Origin: Octopus sinensis
Lineage: Eukaryota
Assembly: GCF_006345805.1 (NCBI RefSeq)
Contig: NC_043006.1
Span: 41,788,001-41,852,000, forward strand
Length of the DNA: 64,000 nucleotides
Reading direction: 5' to 3'
Both the position numbers and the translations under genes were made by a program. The notes beneath the pieces are model-generated. The model made no database searches. It was given only the letters and a program-made list of their open reading frames with translations, and was not told where the DNA came from. Positions 43,660 to 54,867 of the stretch are shown piece by piece (within the stretch, counting starts at the first letter, position 1; every line of letters starts with the position of its first letter).

Positions 43660-43810
43660 ATGAATGCCTGTATATATGTACAAAATCCACTGAGAAGGCT
43701 TTTGTTGGTCTGAAGCTACAGCAGAAGACACATGCCAAGTCACCACACAGTGGGACTGAACGCAGGACCATGTGTTTGGAACGTAGTTTGTTACCACACA
43801 GCCACACCTG
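43660..43810 (-). mobile_element. CORE-type SINE 5' half inserted in the Helitron
   Basis: aaatccactgagaaggc..agaagacacatgccaag..gtgggactgaac..accacacagccac matches the reverse complement of 18620-18760. Confidence 0.8.
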
Positions 43811-43920
43811 CCCCTATGTATGTGTGTGTGTGTGCGTATGTGTGTATGGGTAGATATATTATGCATGTATATATGTGTATATATATGTGTACATATTACA
43901 TGTACATCTATATATATACA

Positions 43921-44493
43921 AATTAATTGATACCGCCATACTAATATGGTAGTCTTATATAAGACTAAAACTGTCGCTTATTAGTTCCATGAGGCCATCC
44001 GCCTTAAGATAGCTACTTGATACACAAACTCTATCCATTTTAAGCCTTCGAACAAGGGAGGTCAGCCGCTTCACACTGCTAGTCCAACAGCTACAGACGC
44101 GTTTCAGGGTATTTGCCCTTTGTCAATGTAGCGTAGCCAGACCCAGCAGGTGTCACCACTAACGTATCTGTTCGAAGGCCTTTATTTACCTAGTTTCGGT
44201 GGAATTCATCCACTTGTTTTCAATAATAGAAATATTAAAATTACTAAGTCTCTCCAAAAGAGATCGCGACAGCGCTACTGGAAATTAATTGATATCGCCA
44301 TACTAATATGGTAGTCTTATATAAGACTAAAACTGTCGCTTATTAGCTCCATGAGGCCATCCGCCTTAAGATAGCTACTTGATACACAAACTGTATCCAT
44401 TTTAAGCCTTCGAACAAGACTACCATATTAGTATGGCGATATCAATTAATTTCCAGTAGCGCTGTTGCGATCTCTTTTAGAGAGACTTAGTAA
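43921..44493 (-). mobile_element. Ribozyme-bearing 362-bp partial tandem unit with inverted end (Penelope pLTR/retrozyme-like)
   Basis: 43921-44056 repeats at 44283-44418 (period 362, 3 mismatches). 44241-44318 is inverted at 44416-44493 (2 mismatches). Contains the HHR at 44090-44132. Confidence 0.75.
44090..44132 (-). ncRNA. Minimal type-I hammerhead ribozyme, U3:A8 core variant
   Basis: Minus strand GCUACA-UUGACAA-AGGG-CAAAUA-CCCU-GAAAC-GC-GUC-UGUAGC: 6-bp helix I, 4-bp helix II, palindromic ACGCGU helix III, GUC cleavage triplet. Confidence 0.85.
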
Positions 44494-44837
44494 TAACTAT
44501 AAAGCATTTTTAGAGAGTTATAGCCAAAAAATGCATTAAAAATGGAAAAAAAATTATAGTAAATTTTTTTTAAATCGTTGACTCATCGTAGACATTTTAA
44601 GAGAGTTACTTCCCTTATATAATAGCAACAAAATGCATTAAAATGGAAAAAAATTATGGTAAATTATTTTTAAAATCGTAGACTCATCGTAGACGCGCGC
44701 TAATACACAGAAGGGCTCGATATGAATCACGACTATAAGATACCCGGTTTTGGTTACACTGCACCGCAAAATGTGGGAGTAGTTAGGAATCTAAATCGTA
44801 GGAGACAGACACACAACTTCACTTTTATATATAAAGA

Positions 44838-45351
44838 TTTGTGCAACAACTAAAACATTCGTTGTGCAAATTGTTTGCACAGGAAACCTGCCCTGTGTGG
44901 CGGTTTTTGCCGTTTTTGTGGATCTGTTTCAGCTTTTTTAGCGATTTCTGTTTTGGCGACTTCAAGCCATGAAGTCGTTGTTCTAAAAGAACGCTGGTCT
45001 CCTTGACAACGCTTTACGACGTTGATTTCTTTACATTCCCTTCCCCACAGCTTCATGAGGGAGGGAAGAAGGGGGAGAAGCAACACAGGTGCAGGTGTGA
45101 GCATGGACGCCAACTCCGACGCCATCGACACACGAAAATATATGCGCTAAAATGGAAAGAAATTATGGTAAATTATTTTTTAAATCGTAGACTCATCGTA
45201 GACGCGCGCTAATACCCAGACGGGTTTGATATGAATCACGACTATAAGATACCCGAATTTGGTTAAACTGCACCGCAAAATGTGGGAGTAGTTAGGAATC
45301 TAAATCGTAGGAGACAGACACTCACACAACTTCATTTTTATATATAATAGA
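44838..45351 (-). mobile_element. Second Helitron 5' end in tandem with the first, plus about 300 bp of extra internal sequence
   Basis: 45140-45351 duplicates 44630-44837 and ends TCTATTATATATAAAAATGAAGTTGTG on the minus strand. Confidence 0.85.
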
Positions 45352-45444
45352 TAGATAGATAGATTTACCTTTAGATTTGTATTACTAATAAGCCACCCTT
45401 TTTATTTGCTATATGTTTGGTGTGTATATTCATATATATATACA

Positions 45445-45510
<66 letters not shown>

Positions 45511-45534
45511 TGTATGTGTACATATCTATATAGT

Positions 45535-46325
45535 AAGTTAATAAATAAAACATATGCATATATACATACATATATGTACGTACCTACCTCTACATGTATA
45601 TATACATGCATATATGGGTACAGGATACCAAAAAAACGTCGAACACAATGAGAAACGAAAACATAAACACAAAACCATGGAACTGGACACTTTTCTTAAA
45701 CAACGTAAAAAAGAGTACAGGACAAATAACACAAGGAAAATTCCCCCTTCTTCAGTCGCCATGCTTTCATCTACTCTGCGTTTCGAAGGTGAAAGCGATA
45801 CGCATCTTCGATAGAAACTTTCCTTCCCGCGAAAAGCAAATTAAATAAAATGTGAGATCTTTTTGCGGAGGGGTAAAAATGGTAACAAAAACAGGACAGT
45901 AACGACAGTACAAAATATAAACAGTAAAAGACAGGACAAGGAGAATAACAAGACAAGAAGGGCTGTTAAACCGAACGAGATAAAGTGTTACGAACGCTAG
46001 TTTTTAGAACGGTGAAGGAGCAACAGAAAATGCCGTCTACACTTCAAGGCCGCCAGGCCAGAAAGGCAGTAGCAAAGCTCTCGCCGCGGATCAACGACGG
46101 GAGGGAGGAGGAGGAGCAAGAGAAAGGGAGAGAAAAAAAAGGGAATGGTTGTGAGGAAACCATTAAGAATGAGAGAGAGAGAGAGGGAGATACAGTAATG
46201 TAGAAAAAAGGACACCAGAAAGAATGAAGGCTGAGAAAGGGAGGGGACAGAAAGGTCAAGAGTGCGCATCATTATTAATATCAAGAACAATCTTACTTAG
46301 AAATGGATGCGTGCGTTCCGTCATA
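45535..46325 (-). mobile_element. Second copy of the approximately 770 bp non-coding repeat
   Basis: Collinear with 33075-33820; minus-strand end ..ttaacttACTATATA. Confidence 0.85.
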
Positions 46326-48060
46326 TTTAAAAGTGATTTGTATGTATTTCTTGTACGGAAAAGTAAACGTACCTACCTACCGACCTCTCTACATACACAA
46401 AAATGCAGACACACATGCGCGCACACACGACACACACACGCACACACACACATATACCTGTGTGCATATATATATATATAAGCATATATATAAGATATAT
46501 TTTTGTGTATGTATTAATGTATATATGTTATGTACATGTATGCATATATACATATAGATACACACACATTAAACAGTTTTATCAAACATAGCGACTTGAA
46601 ACCTTACACTACAAATGTAAGCATACATATGTATAAGTGTTTCTTTGTGAGCGTATGAATACATATGTATATGTACGTATGTATCGATATACATATTATA
46701 CAGGCGAATTATTTTTTCAGAACGAGTCGAAGTATAAAGGAAAACAATTGAAAATGCACTAGAAAGAAGTGTGAGATGAAGTCTTCTATAACGCAATATA
46801 TTCGACTCTAAAGTTTTATTGCAAGTTTAACACAGACTGTTATTCTGGTAGTTCATATTTGACTGTATGAGCAGTTTGATTTAAAGCTGAATATAGAAAT
46901 ACTTTTGGTATTACGCTTGATTGCTTTTGATTTGATTTTATTCTTTTTTTTTTCTGTTTTGGTAGCTTTGACTAGTTTGATATTAGTGATGAGCAATCCT
47001 GGTTAATTAGTTCCCTCGTGATGCTACAAAAAGCATTTGTATAATCCCATTCTGGTTAATTTTTTATTTACGTCAATTAGTGTTGTTGGTGGTTTCTCGA
47101 ATGAAATCTATTGGTCAGCTAATTGATGACGTCATTACATAATTTTTGAAGGTCCGGTTGTTGTTTTTAAAGAAATTAACTGGAAAATAATGATCCCTGA
47201 TCTCCAATTATAGACAGGGAGGCGCTACATATTTACTTGATATACTGTTATAGTTTATTCAATCGTGGTTTATATTTTTTAATAAACATTTTTTTCTGTA
47301 TTTGTCCCTATTTAATCTGTGGTTTTATCGAAACAAATTTTGCTGGTTTATTTCCTACATCCATCTAAATATTCCCTTCCAGAAAAATCTATCTTCTCTC
47401 GGAAAATTGTTCTTTTTGCCTATGAATAGTGAAACAAATCTAGTTTTGTTTGTTTATGTAATCTTAGTTACAACATCATATTTAATGAAATAAATGACAA
47501 TTTTTTTTATGAAGAGGTGAAGAGCTTTTTTTACAAGACAGACGTGCCCTTATATAATTATTCTAGTAGAATATTGAAGAATAGCACTGTGACATTTCAA
47601 ATGGAGCAATGACATCATCAACAATCTCACCAAAAGCTTTCTTTCGGCAAAATAAAGAATTGAGTAATTAACGTGCCGTCAACTTTTGATGGGTTTATCA
47701 GGTAACGAAACAATCTTGATTGCTCACATCTAACATGAAATTATTTAAGAAGTACTTGGATAGGAAGATCAAATGAAATTAACCAGGTGTAACATTAAAA
47801 GTATTTCGGTAATGGCTTCAAATGCTGTCAAATATGACAACCAGAAGTGATGTTATTATATGGCATAGAGGACACTATGCAACTCTGATTTGAAGTCAAG
47901 AAAATATGAAACCGGTTACGTGAATGTTAATAAATTATCTGAAAGTCACGATGTGCATTTAAATTTCTTCCTTACTCACTGTATACATACATACATACAA
48001 ACTTACAATTATACGTATACATATACATATATATATATAATATATATATATATATAATAT

Positions 48061-48142
<82 letters not shown>

Positions 48143-48193
48143 GTATATATATAATATATATTTAAAGAAGGAGATGTGGAACACGAGTTGTGA

Positions 48194-48707
48194 TATATAA
48201 AAAAAGGAAATAAAGAAAATGCTGACAAAATAATTTAAGTAAGGGAGAGTGTATTTAATTAGGTGAAAGTTCTTTTTTAAAACAGAAAAAGAGAAAAATT
48301 GGGTTAGAATACAATGTTCATTTTTTGTGAATGATTTCAGTGTATAAGAAAAAAAGTAAGAATCTTTTACAGTGTTCTGTTTCAGAATAAGATATTTAGT
48401 AAAAGCGTAAATGCGCAACCGGTAAACTCTTACTTTTTTTATTCTACACTGAAATCTGACATTGAACTTTTCCACAAAAAACTGTATATTACACGCTTTT
48501 GCTAAATATCTTATTCTGAAACAGAACACTGTAAAAGACTCTTACTTTTTTTCTTATACACTGAAATCATTCACAAAAAATGAAAATTGTATTCTAACCC
48601 AATTTTTCTCTTTTTCTGTTTAAAAAAAGAACTTTCACCTAATTAAATACACTCTCCCTTACTTAAATTATTTTGTCAGCATTTTCTTTATTTCCTTTTT
48701 TTATATA
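48194..48707. repeat. Foldback element with 215 bp arms (about 4 mismatches) and an 84 bp spacer
   Basis: 48194-48408 is the reverse complement of 48493-48707; TA-flanked. Confidence 0.93.
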
Positions 48708-48834
48708 AATATATATATATATATATATATCTTTTAACCTTTAATGTTTAAATGTTTTACTTATTTCAGTCATTACAGTGTCGCCTTGCTGTGGCACCAC
48801 CTTGCGGAATTATAGTCGAACTAATTGACTCCTG

Positions 48835-48990
48835 TATATTTACGTTCTGAGTTCAAATTCTGCCGAGGTTGACTTTGCTTTTCATCCTTTCGGAGTCGAT
48901 TAATTAAGTGCCAGTTGCGTACTGGGGTCGATGCAATCTACTGGCCCCCTCCCCCAAAATTTCGGACTTTATGCCTAGAGTAGAAGTATA
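48835..48990 (+). mobile_element. Deu/Nin-domain-like SINE fragment
   Basis: gttctgagttcaaattctgccgaggttgactttgcttttcatcctttcggagtcgat matches the family at 56465. Confidence 0.75.
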
Positions 48991-49214
48991 GAAAAAAAGT
49001 TATTTATTCAATCTCTTAATCTGAAACAACACCGGTTGACAGGTGGTGGGAAGGAACACTAGAATAGACACAAAGATGCTCACACAGAGATATACATATA
49101 TACTTATATACACATATCTCTAGAAATACACACATACATAAATATATATATATATATATATACACGTATACAACGCATATACATATGTACATGTATACGA
49201 CATATATATGTATA

Positions 49215-49256
<42 letters not shown>

Positions 49257-49352
49257 ACAGACACATACATATATATACACACATATATATAATATATACA
49301 TATATGATATAATATATATATACATATATGATAATATATATATATATATGTA

Positions 49353-49400
<48 letters not shown>

Positions 49401-49404
<4 letters not shown>

Positions 49405-49668
49405 TCTTTTACTCTTTTACTTCTTTCAGTCATTTGACTGCGGTCATGCTGGAGCACCGCCTTTAGTCGAGGAACTGGACGCTTGATAACCGATGGTAGT
49501 CTGTATACGTCCCCGTAACCTAGCGGTTTGCCAAAACTTACCGATAGAATAAGTACTAGGCTTCCAAAGAATAAGTCTTGGGGTCGATTTGTTCGACTAA
49601 AGTCGATGCTTCAGCATGGCCGCAGTCAAATAACTGAAACAAATAAAAGAGTAAAAGAGTAAAGAGTA
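49401..49668. mobile_element. Two CORE-SINE 3' ends joined in opposite orientation
   Basis: 49401-49470 is a minus-strand tail; 49479-49668 is a plus-strand 3' half. Together they form an imperfect hairpin with about 70 bp arms. Confidence 0.8.
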
Positions 49669-49677
49669 TAAGCAGGT

Positions 49678-49942
49678 TACGCTAGTGGCAACTCTTCGAG
49701 ATCTCTCATCGCCTCCCAGGGATGCACTTCCGCTTTTGAAGCCCCGTGCCACTCGCAGCATTGTGTAAAACCTATTGGCTTTCCAAGCTTAACACAAACT
49801 TTGACGTTGGCTCTTTGTTCGTCACTCGGCACACTAACACATGAAGGCTACTGCTAGCTCTCCGTCCGCACGCAACTGTGTGCTGCCATCTGTTGGTGTG
49901 CTACAGAACTAGTCCGCGAACCTTTCGATACCTCCTCGAATA
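49678..49942 (-). mobile_element. Mariner 5' fragment
   Basis: TIR-like tcgaggaggtatcgaaaggttcgcggac; SDEQRANVKVCVKLGK..TQCCEWH..FKSGSASLGGDERSRR. Confidence 0.8.
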
Positions 49943-50139
49943 TATATATATATATATATTATATGTACGACATGTGTCTTTCTGTTTCCATCTACGAAAT
50001 CCACACACAAGGTATTGATAGGCTCGGGGCTATAATACAAGACACTTGCTCAGGATACAAAGCAGTAATTCAGAAACCAAGAGCACGTGAATGGAGATCA
50101 AGATGTGTCTACATATCTGTATACCTATATAAAGGGTTC

Positions 50140-50440
50140 TAATTGAAGGTGCATTTGTCTGTTATCCACGTGACGGAAAGAAGACTGGTGGTTTGCATAT
50201 CTATCTTTAAATCTAACGTCGCATAAAGCAATGTAATTTTTCTTTCGGGTTTCTTCATTGTCAAGCACTGAAGCTGTGACTTCCGCTTTTTAAACCATTG
50301 ACCCGATTATGCATTCCCGGTAGAGTTCACACGCTTCTGTGTTTCGACAGTTACAACTACGATTGGGTATTTAGTATGACTTCTTTCATTCCGGAGCAGC
50401 AGCTAGTATGAAGCTTTCACTGAACGCCACTGAACACCTA
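50140..50440 (-). pseudogene. Penelope-like element RT-linker/GIY-YIG endonuclease fragment
   Basis: VKASY/SCCSGMKEVI..SCNCRNTEACELYRECIIGSMV*KAEVT..KNYIALCDVRFKDRYANHQSSFRH matches the PLE pattern VKVSYSCM..CNCR..C...C..VVYKA.V..YIG...FK.RY.NH.SSF. Confidence 0.85.
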
Positions 50441-50474
50441 TCACAAATCGTCCTGTATCTATGATTGATCGTTA

Positions 50475-50615
50475 GCTAGTAGACCTTTTTTTTTTGTCTC
50501 TCTGTTTATTTCTGTGTTCCTTTCTGTTGAAGAGCGTAGGCTCGAAACGTAAAAGACTTTCTTACTTCCCGAGCGTTAAACTAATATATCTGTTTGTTGT
50601 TTTTATTGTAAATTC

Positions 50616-50622
<7 letters not shown>
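50475..50622 (+). mobile_element. Short hammerhead-like repeat; core CUGUUGA at 50520-50555
   Basis: cttt-CTGTTGA-A-GAGC-gtag-GCTC-GAAAC-GTA-aaag; ends ..aaattctcACTA then (TA)n. Confidence 0.78.
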
Positions 50623-50663
<41 letters not shown>

Positions 50664-52411
50664 TATATATATATGGAATCATGTGTATAGTTAGTCATAT
50701 ACATGTACGTGTATTCACGCGCACGCCCACACGCACATACGCATGATATACATATATCTATCTAAATATATATAGTATTACATAATTTCTAATTACAATA
50801 TTGGATATAGACCCTTTTCTCTCAAATTGAAAACGGGAAGAAATAATTATAAGTTTATTTTGTTGTTCTAGTGTTCCGTTTCGATAATATTAATCTTAAC
50901 AATCCATTCTCATTTTTATGCAGTAAATATCTTTGCTTTATTGCCTAAATTATATACGTGAAAGAGTTAATTATTTCACTGATTACTATACCTGATTTGT
51001 TTTAGTACTTTCATCAAACTACACCTCCCTCTTTTACTTCTTTCGACCATTATACATATATATATATGTGTGTGTGTGTTTGTGTGTGGGAGTATGAATA
51101 TGTGTTTATGTGTGTGTTTGTGTGTGGGCGGGGAGTATGAATGTGTGTTTGTGCGTATGTATGTCTGTATGTATGCGTGTGTATATGTAAGCACAATGAG
51201 TATGCTTTTTCCCTTGCTTCAATTAAGAATAGGATTGTATCCTTTTGATTTCTCGTTTCCTTAGATTCGGTTATTTTTTTTCTATTTTTAAATATTATCA
51301 CCCGCAGCATATTGTAGACAAAGGTTAAATGTATTTTGCAATATGGTGTGATTAATTGTGATATGTGATCAATTGAATAACTTTTGGAATGAACGTTCGA
51401 TCTTTTGCTATTATATGCAGTCTAAGGGTAGCTATGCATTGTTATACTTATAATCACCCTCTACTAATACCATTCTCTCCGTTGGATATGATTTCTACAA
51501 GGATCAAATGCACAATTGTGAAACTGCTAATGTTTTCTAACACATCTAATCTATTAATATTTCGACATGATTTATCATCTGATATATAGCAAAGAAAAAG
51601 GAAACGGAACACACAATTAAATAATGGATTGCTTTTAATTTATAGTATGATGATAAATAACAAGTACCAACATGTTTTGGTTGATTATGAAAGCAATAAC
51701 CTATCACCAGCAAATCTTAACTGCTAACATTGAATTGATTTTATAGTATTACATTTTATTATGTTGAATTGCTACAAAGGTTTCTATACAGTAAAATTGT
51801 AATTAAGAAATATATAGAGTTCGCACTTCACTTAACATCTGGAAGTTCTTTTGCAGCATATTTCACTCGAACAATATGTTATCAATCAAATATGCATGGC
51901 ATGTCGTTAATTTTTTAAATACGTTTTTCCTTCATTTTATCCTCATCATGGTGATTTTTTTTCTATTCTGCTAATAATATTGCCTCAATCCAACATAAAT
52001 TTTGACATTTTCATTATGCATTCTGACAACTTGTCGCAATAAAAGATCAATTTTACAGTTATTTTACAATTACCGTTTCTCATGATTTTAATCTCATTTT
52101 CTGTTTCTTTACATTTTTAAACATTATGGTTTATTATCTCTATTATATGACAAAACATCTAATGAAATCTGGTAAACGATTGTAGCTGAGAAGAAATCGC
52201 TTTGCTGAACTATATCCATCAGTAACATATTACATTTATGTATTGAACCACACAAATACACATAGACACATATACACACACAGACACACAAACTCACACA
52301 CTCACGCACACACACACAGATATATATGTGTGGGGGTGGGGGTGACCACGTGTGTATCGTTGGCGATTTTCTTTCTCCGTCTTCCTTTCCTTGGACCTTT
52401 CCTTTTTCTAT

Positions 52412-52446
52412 GTTTCTGACGAAGAGCTCCGCTCGAAACGTTGAAT
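52412..52446 (+). ncRNA. Minimal hammerhead ribozyme motif with canonical core, in a repeat spanning about 52330-52549
   Basis: gttt-CTGACGA-A-GAGC-tcc-GCTC-GAAAC-GTT-gaat; palindromic AACGTT helix III; helix I is weak (two G:U pairs). Confidence 0.7.
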
Positions 52447-52544
52447 GCTCCTTCTTTCTTTCGTTTCCCGAGCGTCCAATACCACTATACTTGTTCCACG
52501 TCCTTGCGTTGTTGTGTTTTCTCTTTGTGTTTTGATGTTTGGAT

Positions 52545-52603
<59 letters not shown>

Positions 52604-52722
52604 CGAAAACCGTTTTGAATTAATATATATATTTTTTATCAATTTTTCAAAATTTCCATACACCCATTTTCATTAAAATTTTCTTTCAACTTAGCATTCT
52701 GCCTTTTTATAATTTTCCTTGC

Positions 52723-52795
<73 letters not shown>

Positions 52796-54394
52796 TATGC
52801 ATACACACACATGTATATGTGGATGCAGGCATGGCTGTGTTGTTAAGCTTGCTAGCCATGTGTTTTCGGTTTCTGTGCTATGTGCAGTACCCGCCACCAT
52901 CCGTCATCCACTCTAGTTCTGTGCCGACCAATTTCTTATGAGTGATGTCTTGCAAACAACTTGCACATGCAAGTGCTACCAGTCAAAAGCTCTCGACGGC
53001 ATCAATGCGCACCGGCCCCCCTCACTGATATGAGGCCCCGCTTGCTAGATCAGCTGGTTATGAAGAACTCAATATACTTCTAGCCATCGCTCATCGCCAT
53101 TATACATCTAAATGTACTCACTGAAAATAGCATATAGGTGTATGTCTGTGACTTCCTCTCATTCTCTCTTTCTCCCTCTCTCTTTCTGTATCTATATATG
53201 CATGTATTTCCAAACAAGTATGTGTGTATGTATGTATAAGGTAATACATATGAGCAAGTGTGTGACTCTATAAAGTGATAAAATGGGAAAGCAATGCTCT
53301 TTCTTAACCAATATAATTATTCAATTTACCAACCAATTTCTAATGTATTTTCAAAGATCTTCATTTAGCCCTTTAATAGTTTTTACCACATTATGTATCA
53401 TAAACATTTATTCACATTTCTTTTACATCCGTTGCTTTTCATATTTATGCTACTCAATTGATTTGTTTATATGCATCAAATATAATTATGCAGAACATCA
53501 TATACTTCTAAACAACAATCGTGTATATAGTTTTAGATAATGATATAAGCGACGTAGGCAATACACTTCACAAGAGTGAAATGTTACAGCTACAGCAGTA
53601 AATAATTTAGTGTAAAATTTCCAAACAATTATTGTACGTATAATTAAAATCTAAGTGCTATTGTTTGGTTAACTGGAACCGGTGCCAATTTCTAACGATT
53701 TCGCTGAAATGCTATAATTATTCACTAATGAATATTTTTAATTTACTCTCTTAATAACTATAATCAACACACGCAATGTTCGGGTTGGTGAATACACTGT
53801 GAATAAAATTAGCGGAAGTGTTATTTAAAAACAAATCTTTACATAAGTTTTAGTAAGCAATAGTGGAACTGGAATCATGTTAACCTAGATACTTTAATAG
53901 AATTTTGGAATAAGACGGGAAATAAACAAAGGTTTCGATATGCGATTTCCGGCATTTCGATGACCTCGCCTTTATATTGTGGTTCAATAATTGAAATAGT
54001 CAAAATTGTAAAGTGAACAGGATGCAGATTACCAGCTAGAGTACAACATGACATCAGTTACTGAAAATATATCTAAACAATATTGGTATTGTCATAGCTA
54101 TCTGGTTAAAAGTTTAGTTTCGCAATCTTGTATTCGGGGTTCGATCCTGCTGCAACGTACCTTGGAGTTCTGGAGACGCACCTTCACTCTTATATTTCTT
54201 CTGGCCTAATGCCTTATGAGTAATACTTAGTGAAGGGAAATATATAAAGCCGATGTCTCCAGTTTCGCTTCTGATGTCAAATTGCAACCTAGCAGTTCGA
54301 TAAATAGGGTGGACAAAACAGCATGACAATGAAATAAGTAATGCGCTTGGGGAACCACAAATCCTTATAGGTGATTCCCAATCGTTTCTATTCT

Positions 54395-54778
54395 AGGCAC
54401 AAGGCCAGGATTTTGTGGGGAGGGGGATAGTCGATCACATCAATCTCAGTTCGCAACTTGTACTTAATTTATCGACCCCGAAAGAATGAAAGGCAAAGTT
54501 GACCTCGGCGGAATGTGAACTCAGAACATAATGGCAGACGAAGTACCTATTTCTTTATTACCCACAAGGGGCTAAACACAGAGAGGACAAACAAGGACAG
54601 ATAAACGGATTAAGTCGATTATATTGACCCCAGTGCGTAACTGGTACTTATTTAATTGAGTCAGAAAGGATGAAAGGCAAAGTCGACTTCGGCGGAATTT
54701 GGACTCAGAACGTAGCGGCAGACGAAATACTGCTAAGCATTTCGTCCGGCGTGCTAGCGATTTTGCCAGCTCGCCGCC
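54395..54778 (-). mobile_element. Dimeric Deu/Nin-domain-like SINE
   Basis: Head ggcggcgagctggcaaaatc..; two units containing gtcgactttgcctttcatcctt. Confidence 0.85.
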
Positions 54779-54867
54779 TTATAGGCGGTTCCCAGTCATG
54801 CGAACAATGGAAAGAAGTAAAAGTATAAATACTACTAATGATATCAGGCGCTTATCTTTCTGACGCT

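Larger units (their letters stand above)
42341..44837 (-). mobile_element. Defective Helitron with canonical termini
   Basis: Minus strand A|TCTTTATATATAAAA... at 44837 and ...ccgggcaacgccgggtatctctgCTAG|T at 42341 (subterminal GC hairpin, CTAG end, AT target). Contains helicase remnants plus nested insertions. Confidence 0.92.
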
